NCBI GenBank assembly: GCA_048213135.1
Contig: PS015013.1
Location: 287,119-328,348, forward strand
Direction: 5' to 3'
Source of the DNA: Reclinomonas americana ATCC 50394
Lineage: Eukaryota
Length of the DNA stretch: 41,230 bases
The notes beneath the pieces were generated by a model that was not told the DNA's origin, made no database searches, and saw only the letters and a program-made list of their open reading frames with translations. The first letter of the stretch is position 1, and the number at the start of each line of letters is the position of its first letter. Shown here in pieces: positions 1 through 14,451 of this stretch. The position numbers and the translations under genes are program-made.

Positions 1-12
1 TACAACTCCAAC

Positions 13-683
13 TCACATTCCAGCTCGAGAAGATATCACACCGCCCAAGTGTCCGCTGAGGATCACCACTGACTTGCACAGCGTGTCTGCGGCGGCCATA
101 CGATTCGCCGGCGTCAGACGTTCCTGAATTTGCTCCAGCAGCAAATTTGTTATATACAACGACCGCGCAAGGGCCTTGGCAGCGGCAGCGGCTTGTGACT
201 GTTGTGGCAGTTGACCGACGTTGACAACAGCGAGTTGCTCTTGCTCGCCGTCAGCGCCAGCCAGGTGGGCATCCACAGCTGCTGCTGACGGCAGCTCAAG
301 GCCTTGGTGGATGAAATGATAGACGATAACCATGACAACAAGCCGCCTGCACACCGATAGCATGGCACCGCGCTCACGGGAGCCTCCGAGAAGCGACTGC
401 AGTGCTGTCCGCATCGACTCCAACATGTTGGCTGAGTGGCTGATGAATTCCTGGTACGTGGAGAGCCTCGGCACTGCAAGTTGCAGGTGCGCGCCACGAC
501 CAAACAGATCACTGCACAAGCACAAACAAACGGAGGGGATGAGGGACGTACGATCACACGCAATTGATTCTCACGCTCCACCACAGCAACGCACCCGAAT
601 GCCATGGCGAGCAGCAAGAAGCACGTGACCCTCGCCGTGTTGGGGACGACCTGATTCGCACCCTCGGCAATTCGTCCAGGGTG
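13..683 (-). CDS. Partial spliced gene of unknown function (helical-looking exon(s)); may be the 3' part of the gene whose exons lie at 2457-2640
   Basis: Open minus-strand frame ...HLQLAVPRLSTYQEFISHSANMLESMRTALQSLL...LYITNLLLEQIQERL, with intron-like sequence (GTGCGT donor near 594). No family recognised. Confidence 0.35.
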
Positions 684-703
684 NNNNNNNNNNNNNNNNN
701 NNN

Positions 704-1837
704 GACTGGTCCAATGCAGGCGCAGAACTTTGTGGCAGAGGAGTTCGATCCCGAGCTGCTGATGGCTGGCACTGCGTTGCGATCCATGTCATCTGTCACT
801 GAGTGCACGTGCGATCGTTGGCTTGGCTACCCGTTCTACTCACCGACTCGTACAATACAAGTGAGGCGAAGAAGCAAGTGGCGGAGATGCTGGAGAAGCA
901 GCTCTTCACTCCGATCAAGGCCATCAAGCAGTCGTCGCTGTTGCCGCTCCAGAAGGTGGATGCCGTTCGCCGCTTCGTCCTCACCAAGGCCACCTTTGTC
1001 ATGTCGGCTGTGGAGCTTCAGCCGGAAGTGCTCCCCAGATTCGACCGCAAGATCCGCGACAGCATCCTGCTCTGCCTTGCAATTGGCCTCGACAACGACT
1101 CCGGCACCCCCTTCCTCTACACTCCGCTGTCGAAAGGTGGTCTCGGCCTGTACTCTGTGGTGGAACGAGCGGCCTCTCTGTTGATCAACTCGGCGGTGAA
1201 GCTGCTGACACACCGCCGACCGCTGACTCGCCGAGTGGCGGAGCATGCATGCTCCACTGCTCGGTGAAGGCGGCCGGTGGTCGTGTTGACGACTTCTCGC
1301 CGTTGCCGACTGCTGGTTTGGTGGCCAAGTACCGGCAGACGAACGAGGTCACAGACGTCAATCGCCAGCAGCTGCCAGTTGCCACTCCTCAGCGGTATTT
1401 CTCTGTGTTGCTGTCTCCTGTTGCTCCTCCGGCTGGTGCTGCTGCGGTTGCTCCTGGTGCAGGTACTCGGTTTCAAGTGGCCACTGATCCGAATGCTCCT
1501 CGCCGCGCTGTTCGCTCCAATATTAATCTGATGGGTGTCGCTCTCGGGCACGCTCTGAAGTTGGGTGTCAGTGTGGAAGTGCATGCGGCTGCTGCTGTTG
1601 GCCATGGTCAACCTCCGTTGGTGGTCGGACGGCTGGCTGACGGTGGTGTTGTGTTTCCCTTTGCCTCTCGCTTTTAATTTTTGCCTGCGATGTCACACTT
1701 CTACTCCAAGAGCCACATTGTGGGCTGGAAGGCCTTGCGGAAGTGTGGTGCCTTTGTCGACTCTCTGCAGAAGGCTGCTGCTGGAACCCATGACGTGGTG
1801 GCTCAGGGCAACAGCATCACCGAGAAGGAGCAGCGTT
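704..1837 (+). mobile_element. Degenerate non-LTR retrotransposon fragment (C-terminal RT/thumb region, R2/NeSL/CRE-like REL-endonuclease clades)
   Basis: RWLGYPF (RT 'YLG'-like motif), then LLPLQKVDAVRRFVLTK and FLYTPLSKGGLGL, which are typical post-RT motifs. Intronless, unlike the host genes. Frameshifts near 840 and 1245 and an in-frame TAA at 1675-1677. Bounded by gaps on both sides. Confidence 0.75.
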
Positions 1838-2456
1838 TNNNNNNNNNNNNNNNNNNNNNNNNNNNNNNNNNNNNNNNNNNNNNNNNNNNNNNNNNNNNNN
1901 NNNNNNNNNNNNNNNNNNNNNNNNNNNNNNNNNNNNNNNNNNNNNNNNNNNNNNNNNNNNNNNNNNNNNNNNNNNNNNNNNNNNNNNNNNNNNNNNNNNN
2001 NNNNNNNNNNNNNNNNNNNNNNNNNNNNNNNNNNNNNNNNNNNNNNNNNNNNNNNNNNNNNNNNNNNNNNNNNNNNNNNNNNNNNNNNNNNNNNNNNNNN
2101 NNNNNNNNNNNNNNNNNNNNNNNNNNNNNNNNNNNNNNNNNNNNNNNNNNNNNNNNNNNNNNNNNNNNNNNNNNNNNNNNNNNNNNNNNNNNNNNNNNNN
2201 NNNNNNNNNNNNNNNNNNNNNNNNNNNNNNNNNNNNNNNNNNNNNNNNNNNNNNNNNNNNNNNNNNNNNNNNNNNNNNNNNNNNNNNNNNNNNNNNNNNN
2301 NNNNNNNNNNNNNNNNNNNNNNNNNNNNNNNNNNNNNNNNNNNNNNNNNNNNNNNNNNNNNNNNNNNNNNNNNNNNNNNNNNNNNNNNNNNNNNNNNNNN
2401 NNNNNNNNNNNNNNNNNNNNNNNNNNNNNNNNNNNNNNNNNNNNNNNNNNNNNNNN

Positions 2457-2640
2457 GGCTTGTTCCGAGCACGCAGCGCCAGCACCAATGACTTCTGCGG
2501 GTTGTCGGCGATGCCAAACAGGTACCACACTTGTGGCCAAAAAAAGGAAGACACACACGAATGTCTCACAGGAAGAGTGGCGGAGACGCCACGAATGAAC
2601 ACAGATGCAAACGAAGCAGCTGCAGGGGAGAGGCAAAGGT
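2457..2640 (-). CDS. Short exons of an unknown gene running into the gap
   Basis: Exon-like segments AASFASVFIRGVSATLP and VWYLFGIADNPQKSLVLALRARNK between GT..AG-type intron sequence; splice phase not fully resolved. Confidence 0.35.
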
Positions 2641-2820
2641 CAGGCAAAGAGGCATGAGTAATCCAGAGCATATGCATGTTGAAAGATGGAATGTAAGTGT
2701 ATATATGTGTGTGTGCAGCGCTCTCCAACGCCAGGGATCCGGCGGAGCGTGTGCCGAACTCTCGACACGTGAACTGAGCGACGTCGTTGTGTCGACATCG
2801 CTGCGACTTTAACCACGAAC

Positions 2821-2937
2821 TAGGGGTACAGCTGTACCCCAGCTGGGGCTGCTGGGAAGCACCCCGTCCCCTTGTTTTTCCGGTCGACAGTACCCCGCAC
2901 CCGGTGGGTAAAAAAGTACTGCACCCCGACACCCTAG
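2821..2937. repeat. Palindrome cluster and G(T/C)ACCCC repeats in a divergent intergenic region
   Basis: Perfect 18-bp palindrome GGGGTACAGCTGTACCCC (2823-2840), overlapping CCCCAGCTGGGG (2837-2848), several GYACCC copies; segment ends TAGGG...CCCTA. Confidence 0.6.
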
Positions 2938-3033
2938 TGCCCCCATCTTAACTGACTGGACAGAGGACAGCGGCGCTCGCGGGCTTCCCGCGCATTCGAT
3001 TGTCTCACTGTGTTTGCATTCGTTGTGTTTGAG

Positions 3034-3943
3034 ATGGGAAGACGATTGGAGCCCATTGGTGTGTGTGTGAGAGAGAGAGAGAGAGTGAGAGAGAGTGAGA
3101 AAGCATGAACGAGCGCACACTGACTTTCTTTGTGTGCAGAGTGGAGGGAACCGAGTGAGAAGACGATTGGGCAACTGCGCAAGTTGAACCAGGCCACCTT
3201 CCCGGTGTCATATAGCCCGGTGCGTGCATGCGCTCTGTTGCAGAGAGAGTGGCTCGATGTGTGTGTGTGCACGACATGTCTGACACGCACTCTTGTGCAG
3301 AAATTCTACGAGCAAGTGCTGTCGATCCCGCAGTTCAGCCGCTTGGGTGTGCATGCTCTGCTCTCCCTCTCACTCTCTCACTCTCTCATTGCATCTGACT
3401 GGCATCTTCTCTCTCTGTTTGCAGCGTATCATCAAGATGTGTTGATCGGAGCGCTGTGCAGTCGACTGGAGAACGTGGAGGGCGGCCACGTCCACATGTA
3501 CATCATGACGTTGGGCGTGCTGGCACCCTATCGCCACCTGGGCATTGGTGCGTGCGTGCCAAGAGACACGAGAGAAAGGGAGAGACTGCAGAGCTCATCG
3601 TGCCCACTCAGGCACTCGGCTGTTCGACGAGGCGCTGAAGATGGCGATTGAGCACGACGAAGTGGAGGAGATCTATCTGCATGTACAGACCAGCAACGAG
3701 GATGCGCTGCGCTTCTACGCGCGTTTTGGATTCGTGCAGGCGGAGACCATTGAGAACTACTATCAGCGCATTGAGCCGACATCGTGTTTCGTGCTGCGCA
3801 AGCGCATTCGCGAGGGAGCCGGAGCGCAGCCGCTGCCGGACGTGAATGTGGGGTTTGAGTGGGCGGCAGCTGCGGCGGCTGCGGCGGCGGCAGGCGATGC
3901 TGGAGCAGGTGGCTCGGCTGCTTCAACGGCCGTGGCAACATGA
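3034..3943 (+). CDS. NAA50: N-alpha-acetyltransferase 50 (NatE catalytic subunit, GNAT), 5 exons
   Basis: Spliced product MGRRLEPIEWREPSEKTIGQLRKLNQATFPVSYSPKFYEQVL...YIMTLGVLAPYRHLGIGTRL...IYLHVQTSNEDALRFYARFGF...ENYYQRIEP carries the Naa50 signature motifs; 4 in-frame GT-AG introns. Confidence 0.93.
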
Positions 3944-4028
3944 GCAGTCACGCGCGCGTGTGTGTGTGCATTGTTTCTTGTGTGTCGTGGCACGAGTGAA
4001 GTAGTAGATCTCGATTCACTTGCCGTCG

Positions 4029-6096
4029 CTATCTGTTCTCGAATCCAATCGGCAAGTTGCGCAAGTAGGCCAAGGCCGATAACCTGGCGGCAGCGGCCGT
4101 CGATGCACAACCAGGGCTCAGCAGCATGTCCACGGGAGCGTTCGCTTTCGAGCGAGGCGCGTTGGGCGCCACTCGGCGATCGGTGAGCAGCGCCTGCACC
4201 GTGCGTGGTGACGACGTGTCGGAGGTGGAGCCGGACACCACGCCCGTCAGGGCGGCTGCAGGTGCCGCGGCCGGAGAATCGACGGCCGTGGGCTCGGAGC
4301 GCGGCGAGGTGAACTGCAGCAGCTGCTCGAAGAACTCGGCAGCCGTGTTTCGTCCGCGCGGTGGCGAGCACGAGTGCCGTGTTCCGCGGAGTGGCAGTGG
4401 CAGCGCCAGCTGCAGCTTCAGTGGTCCCAATGGCGGCTGCTGACTAGCAGCTTTCGGCGCTTCCTTGTCGTCCGCCGCCGTCACAGTGGCAGCAGTTGTC
4501 GTCACCACTGGCGGCAACTTGCTCCTGTCCGAATCCGCTCCACTGTCGCCATGTGGCAGACGTCGTCGCGCCGCCGCCACAGCCGCCAGCTGCTTCTCCT
4601 TTAGTGCCGACACGTGTGCGGCGAAGCGGTCTGCGGCAGAGGGAGGCTGTGTGACGATGATCCAATGAGCTCCTCAAAATCAGAGTTGTTAGACGAGATG
4701 ATCATCATCAACCAACGCACCTCGCCACTGCCTGTCGCCTGGCTCTGCTGTGGTGCGTGACGCTGCTCTACATTGTCTTGTTGCTTCTGTGGCAGAGCAA
4801 GTGGTGCGAGTGCGCGTCGACCTTTTGCCGTGATTGCCGGATCTGAGAGCGCGGAGGGCAGTGGCGGGACCACTGCCGGTGACTGTTGCTTGTGGTGGTG
4901 ATTGTGATGATGGTGGCTCCAGCGAGGGCGACCTGCTCTCGATGAACAACGGAGGGGAGAGTGCGTGAGAAACATGCAGCGAGTGAGAAAAGTGGACAAG
5001 TCGTCGAAACGCAACGAGGTGGCTCACTCGGTTTGCTGGCTGGAGGCTCAGGCAGTGCCGACATGTCAATCATGTGAGACGTGTGGTGTGTGTCGGAGAG
5101 AGGAGGAGAGGGAGGGAGGTGCAGGCGATCTTCTCTCGCTCGACAGATGAATATTGATTGGTTGGANNNNNNNNNNNNNNNNNNNNNNNNNNNNNNNNNN
5201 NNNNNNNNNNNNNNNNNNNNNNNNNNNNNNNNNNNNNNNNNNNNNNNNNNNNNNNNNNNNNNNNNNNNNNNNNNNNNNNNNNNNNNNNNNNNNNNNNNNN
5301 NNNNNNNNNNNNNNNNNNNNNNNNNNNNNNNNNNNNNNNNNNNNNNNNNNNNNNNNNNNNNNNNNNNNNNNNNNNNNNNNNNNNNNNNNNNNNNNNNNNN
5401 NNNNNNNNNNNNNNNNNNNNNNNNNNNNNNNNNNNNNNNNNNNNNNNNNNNNNNNNNNNNNNNNNNNNNNNNNNNNNNNNNNNNNNNNNNNNNNNNNNNN
5501 NNNNNNNNNNNNNNNNNNNNNNNNNNNNNNNNNNNNNNNNNNNNNNNNNNNNNNNNNNNNNNNNNNNNNNNNNNNNNNNNNNNNNNNNNNNNNNNNNNNN
5601 NNNNNNNNNNNNNNNNNNNNNNNNNNNNNNNNNNNNNNNNNNNNNNNNNNNNNNNNNNNNNNNNNNNNNNNNNNNNNNNNNNNNNNNNNNNNNNNNNNNN
5701 NNNNNNNNNNNNNNNNNNNNNNNNNNNNNNNNNNNNNNNNNNNNNNNNNNNNNNNNNNNNNNNNNNNNNNNNNNNNNNNNNNNNNNNNNNNNNNNNNNNN
5801 NNNNNNNNNNNNNNNNNNNNNNNNNNNNNNNNNNNNNNNNNNNNNNNNNNNNNNNNNNNNNNNNNNNNNNNNNNNNNNNNNNNNNNNNNNNNNNNNNNNN
5901 NNNNNNNNNNNNNNNNNNNNNNNNNNNNNNNNNNNNNNNNNNNNNNNNNTACAGGGTGGTTGGTTACCGGAGCAACCGCCAGTTCGGTTTGCAGCCGCCT
6001 TGTGCGGGGTGATGATGAGGATGCGGTGGAGGGCGCCGAGCGGCTGCGTGGGAAAGCCGGTTGCTTCGGACACCGCCAATAAAAAGACGCAAACAT
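4029..6096 (-). CDS. Low-complexity Ser/Pro/Ala-rich protein of unknown function, spliced and spanning the gap
   Basis: Long terminal exon (ORF 4029-4613), upstream exon 4720-4930 and donors near 4719 and 5015. The 5' exon (ATG 6096) is tentative. Confidence 0.45.
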
Positions 6097-6243
6097 GCAT
6101 TTTTCACTGTCGTCGAGCTCAAGATCCTTCTGAGCAGTCTGGCCAGCGCTGGACGACTCGCGCGCTTGTCGTTGCAGTCGACGGCTGGCCTCCTTGCATG
6201 CGCGTCTTGCCGGTCACATGCCGCCGCAATCGAGTCGCAGCCC

Positions 6244-7646
6244 TCATGCACTGACGTCGGCTGGTGGCGGTGTTCCCCGCATCTGCGCAGACAACAAGAA
6301 GCGATGAGACTGACGGGGGCGACAATGCATGCATCTGCAAGCAGCTCACCAGATGCGCCATGTTCCACAGCTCGAGTGGCTTCTTGGCATAATTGCTCTC
6401 GGAATTGGCCGCAGTGGCTTTGAGCAGACCATGTCGTACGAGCCAGCGCCACACTTGTGCGCGACCGCGCGCCGTGTTCTCCGGCATGCGATCGGCGCCG
6501 CCGATCGGCACGTGATATCGCGTTGGCACGGTGGAATTCGGATCGGTGGCAGCCGAGTCGCCGGTGGTCGCCGCCGTGGCGGCTCCGTTGCGCACTCGAA
6601 TGTCGTAGTGCACAATCGCGTGATCAAAGGCGCCGTACACATCTGCACAAAGTGAGCTTCACACCGTGTGGCAGTCGACGACGATTTTGCGCCCCACGCA
6701 CCAAATATCCACGGATCCACGTACAATGAGCGCCAGTGCACCTGCAGATAATGTGTTAGTCCATGCCTCGCCACCGCCACCGCAGCTCAGGAACACGCAC
6801 CGCGTAATAGACGTTATCGAAAATCTCGAGGTGGATTCGGTGAGTCTGCAGCGCAATGAGTACAACTGCGCGGGTGCCTCTTTCCCACGCGCACACGCAC
6901 ACACACACACCATGTGGAAGGTCGGGTAGTTGCGCTTCGAGTGCTGCGCATCGCCGCCCGTTGGACTCAAGTCGCTGCAGGAGGGGGATGAGCGCGATAA
7001 AACAACACAAAGCGTGGGAGGAACCTGCTTACCAAAACGATACCACGCCCACATTATCCATCTGCGCCAGCGTCTGCGTGGCCAGCGTCGTCCACCCAGG
7101 CGTCAGCAACAGCATGTCATCGTTGGTGGGCACAAAGTAATCGCAGCGATCCTCGGTGAGCGCCAAGCCCGCCAAGTGATTCCAAATCCCCGTCAACGCC
7201 CCTCCACTGTACCCATACAATCGCACCCAGCGCAAGTGCACTGCCACTCCCATGCCCGCCTTGGCCACCTCCTGCTGCAAGTGGCGACTGTAGGCGGCCT
7301 GCACCTCGGGGCGATCGTATCCATAGTCCCACATGTCAAAGCCCACATACAAAAAGTACTCAAAGCCGCGCTCGCCCGTGCGCGCCAGAGTCGGCACAAA
7401 CGCCGCCAGCGAAGGCAGCTTGGTGACGTCAGACTTGTCGCCCTTGAAGCCGTTGGAGGTCACCGGGTGCAGCAGTGCCACGCGTGGTTTCATCTGTTGC
7501 ATTTTGTGTGTAATGAGTGTGTGTTGTGCGTGCGCGCAGAGAGAATGAGTCCCACCACTCGTGTCATGGGCGTCCACATGGCAAAGAGCACAAGCGCCAC
7601 CAGGCCAACAGGGATGAGCCACAGAGCATAGCCGCGCACGCGTTCC

Positions 7647-7648
<2 letters not shown>
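6244..7648 (-). CDS. Type II membrane GT-A fold glycosyltransferase-like protein
   Basis: N-terminal TM (YALWLIPVGLVALVLFAMW), then YVGFD, IWNHLA..A...CDYFVPTNDDMLLLTPGW, FHMTHRIHLEIF, YVDPWIFDVYG; 5 in-frame GT-AG introns; stop TGA 6244-6246. Confidence 0.75.
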
Positions 7649-11744
<4,096 letters not shown>

Positions 11745-11752
11745 GCGCGGCT

Positions 11753-14361
11753 CTACGCTGCCGGACCTGGGTGTGCTTTCCAACGCTGCCAGTCGTCCTC
11801 ACACATGGTAAACGTGGCCACTTGTTGTTGACTGAGATGTCCGCCAAAGTAGCTGGCGATTTCTGTTGTGTGTTTGACGGAGTGTGAATGCGAGGGGGGA
11901 GGGAGAGAAGGGGGAGCAGGCGGCGCGTGACGCACTGTTTCTGTCGTCATTGTCGTCAGGGGATACGCTGCGCAGAAGCACCTTGATGCGGCTGCAGCTG
12001 CGATGGATGTGGTGAGTGCTTGCTGCTGTGTTGTACAAGCAGGCTGATGCACGCGTCACCTCGGCTGTTCTCCCTGTTGCTCCTGTGTCGCCATTGTGTT
12101 ATCCACGGCTGCACCGAAACACACAAAACAGAAGGTGACGTGAGTGGCAGTGTCGCATAGGGGAAAGGTGGGGAACAAAAAAACATACCACACGCCACAG
12201 CACCCAGCGGTCGGTATCCGGCAGCTGCGTGCAGAAGGAGCGACTGGTAAGTGTACATTCATTAACCTCGTGTTCGCGTATTACGAACAGACCTGCGCTG
12301 GCTTCGGCCAGAGCGAGACTAAGTTCCGGGGTCAGGTTGGCGACACTCGGTGGGATCTGTGTGGTGACAAGGGATGGTCAGCAGCGATCCTTCTCTGGTT
12401 ACTGCAACAGCGTACCGACCTCAATTCCCAGGCATCGTACCGCTGGTGAGGCTGATGACGACGATGATAGTGAGCATGTCTTTTCAATCCCCGGAATGCA
12501 TACACTCACCGTGATCGCTTTGCAGACTGATTTCAATCGGAAACGACTCGTGCACCAGCTCGTCGACCTTGCGCTGTCTGTCATCGAGAACCTTCTTGCC
12601 GAGAGCAATGACTGCCGACGGCGGCAGCGACACGAGCTTGTCGAAGAGGTCGGGATGCTTGGTCACGTCCAGCTCCAACTCGAGTGCTGGTGGTGGACAA
12701 CAAGACATTGGTTGATGCCTCTATGGCTTGGTACAACACACGCCTGAACTCACCCGACAGGCCGACTGTATACGCCTACATGCGCGGATGTGTTAGCAGC
12801 GCATCAAGGGCTCAACGCAGAAGACGGTCGGTAGCTCACCTTGGAGTCTGGGACTGTGATTGAAGAAAAAAGCCAAAACGTGAGTAATTGTTTGCTGCGT
12901 CATCGTAGCCTGTCGCCACTTACTCACGTTGATGGCGCCACAGTTTGTTGTCCTATACGTACGTGCATGCACAACACTGGCGCGTGAGACGCAGACGTGG
13001 AACAAGTGTGGTGAGAGCGTACCTCAATGTTACGAAAGGCTTGCATGAGCTGCTCTGCCGAGTCGCCGTGTGGCGTGCCAGCCAGCAATGTGCCTGGCGT
13101 GCTCCCGCGTGGTCGTTGAGTTTTTCCGACCCACAGCAGAGTGCTGAAGTAGTCCCACGCCATGGTGGCACTCGAGCGCAACGAGTCGACATGCAGTTCC
13201 ACATTGGCCGGCATCTGGCCAGTCTGTGACGATTGTGTGAATGTGCTGTCACACGTGGAATGGAGAGATGTGTTCGACGCAGACCACAATGAGCTCGGTG
13301 GTGTACTCTAGCGCCTGCTTGTGATGATCGAGGACGATAATCTGTGGCGCGAGGCAGTGAGTGCCTGTCGGTGCAGTGTGCTTGCAGCACGCACGAACCC
13401 CGGTGTTCGGCAGAGCGGTGGCCAGTTTTGTGAGGAACCCTGCCGGCCCAATGTAGTCACAGACGTACACTGCGCAGAGAAGAGGCATCAGTGGAGCATG
13501 GTACGCACTCGCAAGAACACTGTCAAGCACACCTCGCTTGGTTGTGCGCGGATCCACCGGCAGCGCACCAATATCGAGCGGCCGATCCTCACAATGTGCG
13601 ACGAAGCCCACCGATTCACCACTACGCATACATATACTCAGTATCGCGTCGAAAGAGAGGATCACAGACAGGGAGCGATCGCTACGTCCTGCGGTGATAC
13701 AGCCAGGCCGCCAGCGCAGCAAAGACACCGTCGACGCACTGCACGAGATATTGGCAACAATGACGATGATCTCGCTGAAACGCACGATGGTCTTCGAGCT
13801 CACACACCGGATGATGATAGAGGACGAGAGACGATGGCAGACAACCACGGGCGTCTTGCATATCTGTGCCAGCCCAACAAAAACAAAACCGTGAGTTCGG
13901 AAACACCGGTTTTCTCCGATCGCAAGAGAATCTCTCGTGAGCAAGCGACTGCGCCACTCACCCGGCAGCACAGTGTTTCCGCTCTGGAACTGAGCAATGC
14001 GGTCAACTGTCTCCCGAATGCCCACGCCCTCGCGCTCATCCGCCTGCGGTGCAGTACTCGGCGGGATTCCTTTCGCTTTCCCCGCCTCGTCACTATGCCG
14101 CTGTGCTCTCTGCACCGACGCTGGCGGCGTGAAATGGTGCTCCAGAGTCGGCAGTGCATCGCCCGGAGCCGAATGTGCTTCCGGACCGTCTCCACCCGCC
14201 GCCCGCTCTCGCGATCCCTCGTCCAGCGCCGCGTCTCCGGATCCGTTGCCCAGTTGCTCGCCAAGCAGCTGGCGATGGAGCACGGTGTTGCCGCCCACCA
14301 CGAACCCGTACAGACCGGTGGTGCCGGCCAGTGAGCAGACCAGCAGGCGTTTCCACAGCAT
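11753..14361 (-). CDS. DHH/DHHA1-family phosphoesterase with a long N-terminal extension
   Basis: Spliced motifs VLYHHPCVDGVFAALAA, VYVCDYIGP, IIVLDHHK, RSSATMAWDYF, IEDNKLWRHQLPDSK, IKVLLRSV..IASYFGGH. The first exon (MLWKRLLVCSLAG...) splices in frame to DMQDARG. Confidence 0.85.
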
Positions 14362-14451
14362 GCTCTTGTTTTTCTTGCAAGTGGAATCAATGGAGTCGCG
14401 ACGGACAGACTGCGGTAGTCGCCACTACTCACTTTGGTCGCACACACACGC

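Noticed and set aside
1675-1677. In-frame TAA as a sign of stop-codon reassignment
   Set aside because: It lies in a frameshifted transposon relic. Host genes end on TAA, TAG and TGA and splice without internal stops.
13321-14334. 337-aa plus-strand ORF, and the 375-aa minus-strand ORF at 14944-16071
   Set aside because: Antisense shadows of the DHH and Pet127 genes in GC-rich sequence; no recognisable motifs.
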